Positions 48,224-60,575 of a stretch of 64,000 nucleotides of DNA are shown here, one piece after another. The notes under the pieces were generated by a model. That model was given only the letters and a program-made list of their open reading frames with translations, was not told the DNA's origin and did no database searches. The first letter of the stretch is position 1. Each line of letters starts with the position of its first letter. Position numbers and translations under genes: made by a program. Origin of the DNA: Mobula birostris (taxonomy: Eukaryota); contig NC_092376.1 of NCBI RefSeq assembly GCF_030028105.1, positions 155,216,212 through 155,280,211 on the forward strand, given 5' to 3'.

Positions 48224-51200
48224 CTGATGATATAAACAAAGATAAGAAAACTATTTCTAATGCATGCAATGTTAAAATAAAAGTCATCAAAAATGAGTTT
48301 TGTTCAATTTTATCAACTTTATGTAAACACTTTACAATGTTCAGTTTGCTCATATAAAACTGTACAATTCCATGGAATGATGAGTGGTCCAGTAACTCAT
48401 GAGATATTTAAAAAGTAATGGTAACCCTCAAAAAATAAATGGAAGGTTAAAATACCAAAATTATGAAAACACACGCTAAACCACCTCAAACTCTCCCATT
48501 TCCAATCTAATGGATGTAATGTCATGGATGATGACAAACCATCTACAGCAAGCTGATCATCAGAAAAACTTGTTAAGGAGTTTTTGAGCTCCTAATTTTA
48601 TGAATCTATTTTTAACTCATGCCCCAAGAAACTCAGCTGTTACTAGGAGATAAGAACAACACAGATCACCAGGTATGTATTTTTACAGTAGTTTATGGAA
48701 GAGAAGTTTCCATAAGGCTCTGACTGCTTTTGCCTCATGTCACACTCCCTGCACATTTCCAGTCTCCCTTATCACTGGGGCCCTGACAGAACCAACTCTT
48801 CATCTTCCCCAATTCCTGCTAAATTACTTCAAAGTTCAAAATAAATTTACTATCAAAGTATGTATATTTTACCATTTACTATTTTGAGATAAATTTTCTT
48901 GCAGGCAGTTACGGGAAAGAAATATAATAGAACTTTATGGAAAACTATACATTAACAGACAGAGACTGACAAATATTAATGACAAACAAGAAGCCTAGGT
49001 TATTCCCATTCCATCCCCATCTCATTTTAACCCACACTATTCTCAATCTTTTGAAGCTATTCTCAGTTGTTCTGAAATGAAAATGATGGATTACCTTGGT
49101 AACAGAGCCAGGATTGGTGTGGTAAGACAGATGAGGTAGAAGAGTGGATCAGTCATCTGACGTTGCATTATCCAATAAGGATTTGATGGACTGTTGCAGG
49201 TCACACAGAAGGTACTATAAACAAGTGTAATTGCAAAGTATAATAAAATGCTCCCAATCATGGAAACCCAATGCAGGAAGGTCTGTTAAAAAAAGAATCA
49301 TAAAGAATAAATTACTTAAGCCTAATATTTCAGGCAAACAAACATATATATGTTGCTGAATAGCAATCTTTTCTTCAGATGTAATGGTGAAGAAAGTAGA
49401 CAGACTGGTCTAACTCACTGGCCCTCTGCCTCTGACAGCACACTACAATTTTTAAAGCTTTGATGATGTGGTAGTGGTTTGGGGGTTGCCGGCAGGAGCG
49501 TTTGGGTTGGTTGTAGAGCATAAATAGTAACATGTCTTAAACTCAGTGAAATGTGTCTTGCTGATATCCTTCTGGACTCTTACCAAAATAATCTGAATAA
49601 CATGCAATTTTAATACCCTTGTATGACATCAGGATGCAATTATGCTTAAAGATTTCAAAGAGAAGCTAGCAGGTGCTGATCTTAGAGGCCTAATGGAATA
49701 CAGAACATTATAACATTAGAAAGCTTTTAATAAAAACAGGTCATTCAGCCCAACAAAGCTTGCCAAATTCCTATTCACATAGAGTAGTTAAATAACCGTC
49801 ACATTTAGATTTGAAAGGCTCTAAGGTATTCAACTACACAACTAGGTAGTTTGCTCCATGTTTCCACAAGTCACCTTTAAAGAAATGCTTTGTGATGTTA
49901 GTCTGAAATCTCCCTTTAACCAGTCTCCACCTATGGCTCTGTGCCCTCATTGATGGATTAATTTTGAAGTGGCAGCTGGCATCCACTTTACATAGTTCCT
50001 TTATGATTTCGAACACTTCTATCATGTCCCCTCTCATTCTATGTCTACTTAGCCTAAAAAGATTCTTTCATCTTTCTTCATAGCTCATACTCTGCAGACC
50101 TGGAATGAGTCTCGTTGTCCTTCTCTGAACTTTCTGTAGTGCCTTGACATCCCATATAAAGGCATCCGTTAGTCTTGCGAGACCATGGATCTGCGCCTGG
50201 AAAGTCTTCACTCTCAAGGGCGGCAGGCCTGGACAAGGTTGCATGGAAGACCAGCAGTTGCCCATGCTGCAAGTCTCCCCTCTCCATGACACCAATGTTG
50301 TCCAAGGGAAGGGCATTAGGATCCATACAACTTGGCACCGGTGTCGTCGCAGAGCAATGTGTGATTAAGTGCCTTGCTCAAGGACACAACTCGTTGCCTC
50401 GGCTGGGGCTCGAACTCACGACCTTCAGGTCGCTAGTCCAATGCCTTAACCACTTAGCCACATGCCCACAACACCCCATATAATAGCTAATATTCTCCAA
50501 TCCGGACAACGTGCTGATGTACCTCTTCTGCACCATCTCCAAAGTCTCTATGTCCTTCCTGTAAAGGATGAACCAAATGCATCCACACTAAACCTTTATA
50601 CAGTTGCAACATATCTTCTCAACTTTAGACTCAACACCCTAAACAACAAAGGCAAGCATGCCGTACCCCACCTTCAGCATCCTTTCTGCATGTGGTACAA
50701 CTTTCAGAGAGCTATGGATTTGCTCAAGTTCCCTCTGTATTCTTAATCTGGAATTTGCTGGTTTTCAGGTACAATACCCACCAACTGACGTGTCTTTGCT
50801 AAATAGGTGTCTGACAATAATATTAGCTTCAGAGAAGAAATACTGTATTCCTGGAGTGACCTGCAAATTCAGAGTGCTCCAATTCCATCCAGCATATGAT
50901 GGATAGGTTGTTTTCAGGGGGATTTTCGATAGGTGTTCTGTGAAGCACAGTTAGTTTAGGAAATGGACCTCAGAGTACTTACTTAATTCTACCCAGAGGA
51001 CAGTGATCAGCAGAACACCTAAAAGAAGGTAGTTCACATTAATTCTGAAAAATTAATAAATGCCAAGTTTGTTCACTTCAACATTTTTGTGCATCTTTGA
51101 AATGGCATCACATTAAGCAAACTATTTATAAATAAATAACCCTTTTGAGGCAGGTACACTTTTCTAATCTAATGAACTCAACTCTGAACTGTATGGACTC

Positions 51201-54200
51201 ACTTTCAAGGACCCTACAACTAATGTCCTTGGTATTATTTATTTGTTTCATCACTATTATTTGATTTTTTTTGGATTTGCGCAGCTTGACTTCTTTTGCA
51301 CATTGGTTGTTTGTCAGTTTTTGTGTGTAGTTTTTCATTGATTCTATCGTATTTCTTTGTTCTATTGTGAATGCCTGCAAGAAAATGAATCACAGGATAG
51401 TATATGGTGACACATATGTATTTTGTTAATAAATGTATTTTGTATTTTGAACTTTTATATGGAAACTTAGTTAATTTTCTGAATAGAAAACATATAACCC
51501 TATTTCCAGTGGGAAGGACTGACTTCATTCCCTACTTCTAATAGTCTGCATTTTTTCTTGGATGATTCAGCATGAGGTAAGCACTCTGGGTATCAGCTGC
51601 GGCTAACTTGTTATTACCCCAGCTTACAAGTCTCTCTCTAGAAGTTTGTGCACAAAAGTTACGGTTCATATTGCAGGAAGTGCAGGACCACCAGAAGAAA
51701 TATTAAATTGAGCTAATTACTGACTAACCCAGAGTCTGACTAATATTTTTCTCTCAATCAATATTCATACAAAACAGATTATATGATCACGGTCATATTC
51801 ATTTTAGCATGAGGTCACTGTATTGGCTGTGAATTCTACATTACAACAAAAGCTCACCTTCAAAACTGTTTCTCAACTGCGTGTAGTTTTGCCATTCTTT
51901 TACTATTCAAGGCAATGTGTTACACCATGACAATACTGCATAATTCATACTGCGTGCACTTTTTTATTTAAAGTACTAACAGTGATCGATGTCATTTATC
52001 TTATTTATTTCTTACAAAGGCAAAATCCATTTATGGTTAACAGTCAAAGTAGACTGGTTTTCATTTTCATTTATCTGAGTTAATGGGGCAGACAGAACTG
52101 TTTTGCTTCATTAAAGATAACAATGCTAACAGATGGAAAATTACTCCTAAAAGCCCATATTATCACCATCATGGCGCAGGCAAGTCAACACTACAAAATT
52201 TTATAACTTCCATTCAGCTTTCTTACTTGAGCATACCTTGCCATATTACCATTTCTAACTGGTGTTGTTATACAAGATAATAGGATTTTCACCAGAAAGC
52301 TCAGCTTGTATTTTATTGCAGTCTGCTTGGCTCTATTGTTCTAAGATCCTGACTTACCCAGGTTTTGGTTTCAATTGCCAGATGTGCTAGAATTGTGAAG
52401 AAGGCCGCTGTGTTCATTGGCGTGCCAAATGTAAAGACATCAGTATTTGAATCTCGATAAGTCTTGAAATAAAAACAAGAATAGCTTCTAGTAAATGGAG
52501 AGCATAAACATGTTCAAGGATAACAGTACAGAATAGAATGGCACTAGTACTTACAAAGTACGGAATGAAAAAGCAAACAAGACTTTGATAAAAAGCATCC
52601 AGCACAGTGATCCAGAAAGTGCAGTTATTGTAGGCCTGGAAAAGACATCAGTAAATTCTAGTTAGTTTCTGTTTGGTGACCAAAGAACAAAAAAGCATGT
52701 TTGTGAGATGCTGGCATTCTTCCTATTTCTTTGACTCCATTATCACTCTTCCCAAGACACCACAGTTTTGTACATCAGTTTAGTCATTAGCCATGAACAT
52801 GTGTAGTATGTTCAAATACACAAAGTACCAAATTACCGCTTTGAAAGAAACATTGAGGGAAGCTGACATGTGTACAAGAGTGGTCAGAAGGAATCCTTCT
52901 ATGGGTATTCTTTGTCAGTGAAAAATTAATGCACGTCTTCATTTTACAACTCAGAGGTGGCAGGATTTTTCATCATTTCAGGGTCTAATTGCTGGCAGTG
53001 CTTTTGTTCAAGTGAAATGGAAATTTAGGGTTTGGCCACAGTCTCAGGTTATATGATGACCAATAGTTCTCTCAGAATCAAAATCACCAAAAGACAATTC
53101 TATGCAATTGTCCCATTCACGTTAAAAAGGCTTTACAGTAGATAATTTGATGGTTGCGATTTTGACGTTACAACAGAAACTGCACAACAAAAGTGTGTCA
53201 CAGATGTTGAAGGGCTTTTGGGAATCCTTAGGTGGTGAAAGGTGTTTTAGCAAAGAATATATTCCTTTCTTCTCTTTCTGAATATTTTCCACTAAAGGAA
53301 TAATTCCATAGAGATTAAACCACAAATGTATTAAGAAGCAAAAAATAAAACCAGATTCAGTAACTGTTTGCATTATTAAAAGATAATATTTCTAATATAT
53401 ATTTACCCCTGATTGTTGACTGTATCTGTAAAGTTCAGGAAACTCTAAAAGCATTTCTGCAGAGACATCCTTGTCCAGTATTCCACATGTTAATGGAGGG
53501 AGGGAGGTGAATAGAAGGTTGAAGAAAATCATCAGCCAATAGTCAATCATAGAAGATCCACTAAAGCCGCAAAAGAACTGGTACCAGAACAGTAGATTCA
53601 CATAGGCCTAGAAAAAAGAATTAGAAAGCTGATTCAGAATTGAAATATTCTCAAGAGCCTCACTCAAAACTATTGGAGTTGCAAACTGGTCATTAACTAA
53701 ATATTAGGTAAATGAGAAACAGCTTGAAATTCAACCTATGTAAATGGGAGCAACATTCCCAATATAGCTTAATTTTGTGCACAATCATCTAACTTGATGC
53801 CACAAGTGACAAGCAGCTAGTCTGCAGCTATAACATGCCCCACTCATTGTTATCAATGGGCTGTGCCAGCTTATGAATGAGCTCAGCAGGCTGTGCTGCT
53901 GGCACTCTCCACACCACTTGACCACTGATGCGTGAAAGCCACCAGCAACCAGCCACGGAGCAAACACCGATGGCATAAAGTTAGTTTTATCGGTTTCCTT
54001 AGAGGAAAACACTTGGTTGTATTTCTAAGCTGTGTCCTTCTTTGGATTTTCCATATCTAAAGAGGGTTATGTTAAAATACACAAAAATATAACTTACAGC
54101 CATCTATAACCACTTCAAAATGCACAATTATCTATTCACTGATTTCAATAGAAAGCATTCTTTTCCTTTCTTATTACTTCCCAATGCTCTCCCTGCCAAA

Positions 54201-57200
54201 TTGCCCCAGCCAACACCTGGACTCCTCTCCCATTCCAGGCCCACCCTTCTGGACTTCCTTCTCCCACATCTGAGAACCACACAGAATTGATGACTCTGTT
54301 ATTATACAAACTCTCAATCAGTTAGATACCTTTTACCATTCAGTAACCAAGCTGGCATGGGAAGCTGCCACATGAGGCTGGAACATTAAGATCCCAGCAT
54401 GTGACAAGGACCTAACTAGATGGCAAGGGATAAGTCAGAATTTCAGCAGTTACCAAGAGAATCTGGTAATTTGGCAAATTAACAGCCAGAAATAAAGGGG
54501 AGTAAAGGCAGTTACTCATAATACTGTCAGTCCATTTGTTGGTTGATCTGACCTTTGATGCAACAATTGGATATCAAGATGTTGTAAGATACGTCCATAA
54601 ATAATTTTGATTCAATCCAACCTCAAAACACTTTAACTATCACTTCCCCATTTTTAAAGCAAACACTATCTTCTAATTTGTACAATTGTTTCAAAACTTT
54701 GTTGCATAGCTGGTTGGTTCAGCTGTGGTTTCTCGATCATAGCTCACTGCAGTAGAACTATTGCTTGTGCCAAATGCAATGCTGTCTTTCAGTTTAAGGA
54801 GACCTTGATGGAAAATGATTTTCATCACAGAAAACAGACTTGGGTAAATTTGGTAAATAAAAAGTGGCCTTTGAAGTACTTAAGAAATTGTAGGATCTGT
54901 ACTAATACTGACTGTGGTCTAAAAATAGTAGCTGAGATGTACTGAAATCATTTTGCAAAGTATTAGTGCAAAGCTTGATTTGCCATTTGGTTTCCATTTA
55001 CTCCACCTTTTGGTAGTCATTTGCATATATTCATAACTGATAAGTACCTGCTTTGTAGTTGCACCTACATATTTTAGAATTTGAACCTACCAGGACAGTT
55101 TAGATGAAAATGGAAAGAAGAAACAAAGAATTTGGCTTATTAAGTAAAGAGCTTAACAATATTAGCAGAAAATCATGGTGATATCAGAATGGCTATGATA
55201 AGCATGCTACCTGACTAGCCAAAAGCCAAATTTGTCCACTTACCACATTCTTGTAAAAGTAGAAAATGATCATATTTGCCAAGCGGGCGTAACACCAGTG
55301 ACCATGTACCAACAGCAGTTTTTTAAGATATTTAAAATGAGAAATTGCAAAATCACTGGCCATCACAGCCTGTAAACACAAAAAATATGTATGAGAAAAT
55401 TTCAAATTTATTAAACATTGCATGGATCAAACACATAATCAGAACTCTCTGTTCTACCAGACTGTTTGCCTCAGTTCTATGTGCCGTCTGTGTGACGATC
55501 TTCTATTCTATACTAATACAAACTCACTTTAAAATTTGCACCAGCTAGTCAGTGGAAGTACATTCACATTCTGAGTAACCTCTGAGTAAATTCTGAATTC
55601 GCTGCTTAGTTACGAACAAAAGAGATGCTGCGGATGCTGGAAATCGAGAGTAACACATACAAAATGCTGTAGATACTTAGCAATTCAGGCAGAAATAAAC
55701 AGTTAACATTTTAGCCCAGATTAAGTGTGGAGATTGGAACTAAAATGATTGGCCTCTGGGAAATCCTGCTTCTGCAGATGGAATGAACGTGCTCAATAAA
55801 GCAGCTCCTCAATCTATAGTATGCTGGGTCTCACCAACGTAGAGGAGGCTGCGACTTCCGCCATCTTCGACAGGATCCTATCACCAAACAAATCTTTACC
55901 TCACCGCCACTCTCCGCTTTCTTCAGGGTTCACCCTCTCCATTGTTCCTTTGTCCATTCTTCCCTCCCCACTGGCAAGCAGATGAAGTGCTACACCTGCC
56001 CAATCACCTCCCTCTTCTTCACTTCCATTCAGGGCCTCAAACAGTCCTTCCAGTTGAGGCAACAGCAGTCATCTACTGACTGGACTCCCATTCTGACAAG
56101 CTGATTCATGGCCTCCTCGACTGCCATGATGAGGTCACTCTCATATTGGAGGAGCATATTCCGTCTGGGTAGCCTCCAACCTGAAGACATAAATATCGAT
56201 TTCTCAAACTTCCGGTAATTTCTCCCTTTCCCTCTTCCCTCCTCTTCCATTTCCTGCATTAGTTCCCTTCTTAGCTCTTTTCTTCTCACTTGCCTAACAC
56301 CTCTCCCTGGTTCCCCTCCTCATTCCCTTTCTCCCAAGGTCCACTCTCCTCTCCTGTCATATTCTTTCTTCTTCAGTCCCCCTGGTTTTTTCACCTATCA
56401 CCTCCTAGCTTCTCGCTTCATCTCTCCTTCTCCAGCCACCTGGCTTCACCTATCACCTTCTCGCTTGTACTCCTTCTTATCCTGGCTTCCTCCCCCTTCA
56501 TTTCCAGACCTGATGAAGGGTCTTGGCCTGAAAATTCAGCTATTTATTCCTTCCCATAGATACTGCCTGACCTGCTGAATTCCTCCAGCATTTTGTAGGT
56601 GTTCACTGCTTAGTTTACTCCCTTTTCTCCAACACTAAACAATATGTAGGCCAGTTTTTTCATTCGAAATGTAAGAGAAAAACTGGGCCCATCATCATTG
56701 GATGTTCTTCTTTTTGATTCAGTCAAGGGGTGTGGGCTTCACAGCTGGATCCACAGTTATTGCCATCTCTAATTGGCCCTGAGAAGGTGACACTGAGCAC
56801 ACTTCTTGAACCACTGAATATATCGACAATGCTACTAGGGAGGGAGTACCAAGATTTTGACCCAGTGGTGGTGAAGGAACAGCAATATCTTTCCAAATCA
56901 GAATGATGTATGCTTGGAGGGATATACCCTGGAGGTGTCCTCATGTTTTTGCTACCTTGTCCTTCTAACTGGTAGAGTTGATGGTTAGGAAGAAGCTGTC
57001 TAAGTAGTCTTGGTGAGTTTATCCAATACTTCATGGTACCAAACTGCTGCTACTGTTGTCAGAGGTGATGTGAGTGAATGGTTGCAGATAGGATACCTAT
57101 CAATAGTCCCTTGTGTTGTTGAGGCTGCACTTATCCCAGTATCCCATCATACTGCTTGAGGCTTATAGATCATGGATTGGCTTTGGGGAGTTAGGGGGTG

Positions 57201-60200
57201 AGTTACTTACCCCAGGTGTCCTAGCCTCTGACCTACTCTTGTAGACATATTGTGTAGTTAATTGACTACTCCAATACAGTTTCTGGTCAATGGTATCCCT
57301 TAGGATACTGATAGCTGGGGATTAAATAATGGATAGTTGAATATTCTCTTGTTGGCACTTGTGTGGTACAAATATTACTTGCTACTATCAGCCGAGACCT
57401 GGACTAATGTCAGGTCTTGCTGCATTTGGTTGAAGATTGCTTCATTATCTGAGCCACCGCAAATTGCCCTAGACTTTCTGCAATCATAAGCCAAACACCT
57501 ATATTTTTGAGCCTATAATTGATGAAGCAACTGAAAATGGTTAGACCTTGAGCACTATCCTAGGGAATTTCTGCAATGTTATTCTGTGCTGAGATGACTT
57601 TACTCTAACCTCCACTACAATGTCTTCTATTGTGATCATCTATGATTTGAATCAATGTAAGGTTTCCCCCTCATTCCCATATATTTCAGTTTAATCAATG
57701 CTCCTTCATGTCATACACAATCATATCCTTCCCTAGCATTCAGGATAGTTACTCTCATTTCACTGTGTCAACTTTAATAGAACTTCTTCTAACTTTAAAA
57801 GATCTATATTGGTCTTGATTCAGAACAGACTGCCGTTATCCAGTCTGTTCATCCATTCTGCACTGACATTATTACACATTTCTGGCATCTTTCTCTTAAG
57901 TCATGTTTGCACCCTCTTCTTGTGCCCCATATCATTTTCACAAGCTGGTAAACACAATTCAACCTTGTCAGTACTGTACAGAGTATTCAAATGTTATTAA
58001 AGGAAATCTCAGCATGAATACAAATATATAGTACCATATAATGAAAGAGGAGAATGAACATTCTGACCATGATTTATTGGATATTTTGCCAGCATGATTT
58101 ATTCTTTTCCTGCTAAATTTCAAAGAGTACTGTACCTGCATTCCTTCTTGACCAGTAATCCCAATGCCTACGTTAGCAGCTTGGATCATACTGACATCAT
58201 TGGCTCCATCGCCTAGACAATAAAGTACATCAACTTAATACATCCTTCAATGAATAGTATGGAATGATCAATAGCTTGCTCTTGCACTGCATCTTATTCA
58301 AATATAAATCAACTCTGTATGACAAAATGACATTAGTATGCAAGTACAAAAATGCTGGACAAAAGAGATCCCAGGCCCATGAAATATTCCAATGAACTGC
58401 AGAAAATTAAGCATCATGGTTCTAATATCTCCAACCCATGGAGTCTCTTGGGAAGACCATGAAAAAATGTCCCTCAGAAACCAGCCCAGAATGATTAGAA
58501 AACACGGCGACATAATCTACAATTCCTAAAGACAATTGAGGCAAGTTATCATTCATTATGGTGTTCCAAAATGTATCTTTTGTACGACAATATGTCATTT
58601 CACAGGTAGAAATCTATTCAGGAGACATTTGAGTCTTTACAGAGAATGTGTGCATACTTCACAAGGAAACAGTTTGATCTTAATGTGGACAAACCTGCAA
58701 AAACAAAATCTACTGACGTGTAACAGAATTTGAGCAGAGACACTCTCAGCGTCCCCAAAACTTTGCAGATAATAACCAGCGTGCAAAAGACAACAAACTG
58801 CGCAGATACTGCATGCTTGGTAATCAAGCATGGTGGTGCAGTCTTTTATTGATTCTATTATGGTTGTTGGGTTTGTTGAGTATGTCCCCAAGAAAATGAA
58901 TCTCTGGATTGTATATAGTGACAAATATGCACTTTGATAATACACTTACTTTGAAATTTGAGCCCTCTGTATAACGGTGTTATCCTTCAGATTGCTCTTA
59001 AAATTCTCCCCTCTTATCTTGTATCTGTGTCCTTCAGTTTTAACTTCTCAAATCTGGGGCAATAGACTTACTATCCAACTTATCCATCTGCTTTATGATT
59101 TTATAAACTTCTATGAGGTTCCTCTCTTTCTGCTGCATTCCAGAGTGTAAAAATCTATCATAGCCAGCCTCCCTCTATAGATCAAACCTTCTAGTCAGGC
59201 AGCATCCTCGTAAATCTCTGCTGCACCCTCTCCAGCTTGACAATGTCTTTCTCATAACTGGGTGACCAAAACTGTACGCAATAATCCAAGTGCAGCCTCA
59301 CCAATGCGCCTACTCCTAAGTTCATTATCCTGATGGATGAAGACCAGTATGCTAAACACCTCCTTCACCACCCTGTCTACTTATGTGGCCATTTTCAACA
59401 AAGTGTGAACTCGCACTCTGTTCCGCAACACTTATCTGTGACTTGCCCTTCATAGTACAAGTCTTACACTAGTTCGACCGTTCAAAATGAATCACTTTAA
59501 ACTTAACTAAGTTAAAATTCATTTGCTATTCCTCAGCCCAATTCCCTGATTGATCAAGATTTCTTTGCAATTCACTGTAACCTACTTCCTATCAACAAGA
59601 CTCTCTAAATTTAGTTTCATCATCAAAATTGCTAATCTTGCTATGTATACTCATATCCAAATCATTTACATAAATAATGAATAACAGAGGGCCCAATATT
59701 GACCACTGCAGCATCCCACTAGTCACAGGCCTCCAGTTGGAGAATTGACCTCCAACTATCACTTTTGCTGCCCATCAATAAGGCCCTTTGATTTCAGTTC
59801 GCTCGCTCACCCTGAATCCCATGCAAACTAATCTTTCAGGTTAGCCTGCCATGCAGGACCTTTTTAAAAGCATTTGAAATTTGAACTTACTAAAGTCAAT
59901 ATCGCCAACAGCCACTACCCTACCTTCGTCTTGTCCCTTAGTTACCTTGGTGAAAAATTCCAAATGATTCATCAGACGTTATCTCCTATGCACAAAATCC
60001 TGCCAATTATTCCTGACCTGGCCTTGACTTTCCAAGTGATGATACATCTTGTCCCTCAGAATTTCTTCCAGTAACAGCTGTATAACTGAAGTCAAGATCA
60101 TTGGCCTATAGGAAGTGGTAGAGACTAATATAACTTCAATGCTTACAAGGCTTGTCTGTGCTGTGTAATTCTGTCTTCTGTTCATATTAAAGAATTCTCA

Positions 60201-60575
60201 AATACTAGGAGTAAGAAATAATTTTCCACTTACTTGAAAAATAACAGAGAGATACATACCTATTGCTAATGTCACGGCATTCAGATGATCTCGAACTAGT
60301 TCGACTACCATGCTTTTCTGCCGTGGTGTGGAACGACAGCATAAAACAGATTGGCAACACTTTGCCAGATCCAGAAACCTCTTCTGCAGATTTCCTTGGA
60401 AAATCATATTCAAAGTCTTCCCATCAATTACCAACCCAAAACTCGGTTTGGCTGTAGGGTTGTATGTTGCGGACATGGGTGCAATATTCACAGTTAATTT
60501 GGAAGTAGTACAATTTATTCCATTGTACTTTTGCACTTCATCTAAGAAGCAATCCAAGGAAGATTCACAGGTTTC
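47944..60575 (-). CDS. ATP10B: P4-ATPase phospholipid flippase ATP10B, 3' part (8 coding exons; 5' exons beyond window)
   Basis: The spliced exons join in frame with GT..AG introns and give ...[15 protein letters not shown]...[10 protein letters not shown]...[14 protein letters not shown]...[14 protein letters not shown]...HGHWCY...FYKN...LALLPRYF. The segments ETCESxLxC, IDGKTLNxIFQG, MIDYWxMIFFNL, DVFTFGTP and CNSPxNPYW match recalled ATP10B better than ATP10A or ATP10D. Confidence 0.9.
49095..49282 (-). CDS. ATP10B: ATP10B exon (188 bp): [16 protein letters not shown]...[34 protein letters not shown](R)
   Basis: Absent from the ORF track, translated by hand. Acceptor tttaacag|ACC; donor CCA AG|gtaatc. 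Confidence 0.96.
49700..50745 (-). mobile_element. CR1 3' fragment(s) in an ATP10B intron, interrupted by a SINE
   Basis: ORF 49834-50037 ([13 protein letters not shown]) and [27 protein letters not shown]. Confidence 0.75.
50160..50470 (-). mobile_element. tRNA-CORE-RTE SINE, second copy
   Basis: Same family as 22565; 13-bp TSD aca(t/c)cccatataa at 50147-50159 and 50471-50483. Confidence 0.9.
51180..51453 (+). mobile_element. Rex1/Babar-type 3' UTR; further tails at ~16075-16165(-), ~48830-48985(-) and ~58790-58962(+)
   Basis: GCAAGAAAATGAATC.CAGG.TAGTATATGGTGAC...AATAAA...TTTGAACTT, same tail as 32635. Confidence 0.75.
52358..52462 (-). CDS. ATP10B: ATP10B exon (105 bp): [35 protein letters not shown]
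   Basis: Absent from the ORF track, translated by hand. Acceptor atttcaag|ACT after a 92-bp intron; donor TGG|gtaagt. Confidence 0.95.
52555..52635 (-). CDS. ATP10B: ATP10B exon (81 bp): [27 protein letters not shown]
   Basis: Acceptor tttccag|GCC; donor TTT|gtaagt. Confidence 0.96.
53407..53607 (-). CDS. ATP10B: ATP10B exon (201 bp): [24 protein letters not shown]...[11 protein letters not shown]
   Basis: Acceptor ttttctag|GCC; donor GGG|gtaaat; transmembrane region. Confidence 0.97.
55244..55369 (-). CDS. ATP10B: ATP10B exon (126 bp): [42 protein letters not shown]
   Basis: Acceptor tttacag|GCT; donor GTG|gtaagt. Confidence 0.97.
55612..56603 (-). mobile_element. Penelope-like insertion with internal inversion in an ATP10B intron
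   Basis: Tail-bearing terminal repeat at left (minus); GIY-YIG remnant, UTR and tail-less repeat at right (plus); ~14-bp TSD ttc(g/a)ctgcttagtt at 55598-55611 and 56602-56615. Confidence 0.85.
56735..57770 (-). mobile_element. Old CR1-group LINE 3' fragment; a related copy lies at ~61130-61660(+)
   Basis: TTATTGCCATCTCTAATTGGCCCTGAGAAGGTG terminus; ORF 56723-57034 ([15 protein letters not shown]). Confidence 0.6.
58136..58212 (-). CDS. ATP10B: ATP10B exon (77 bp): [26 protein letters not shown]
   Basis: Acceptor ttgtctag|GC; donor CAG|gtacag; GDGAND hinge motif of P-type ATPases. Confidence 0.97.
58330..58740 (+). mobile_element. Degenerate retroviral-type integrase fragment
   Basis: ORF 58536-58733 reads [14 protein letters not shown]....CHFTG...[12 protein letters not shown]. 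Confidence 0.45.
58965..60110 (-). mobile_element. Degraded CR1 RT/3' fragment
   Basis: GGTGACCAAAACTGTACGCAATA, CCCACTAGTCACAGGCCTCCA; ORF 59979-60185 (YRPMILTSV...[10 protein letters not shown]). Confidence 0.75.
60260..60575 (-). CDS. ATP10B: ATP10B exon (316 bp, phase 0 to 1): [11 protein letters not shown]...VTLAI(G)
   Basis: Acceptor tttaacag|GAA; donor ATA G|gtatgt; P-domain motif CCRSTP.QK. Confidence 0.95.
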
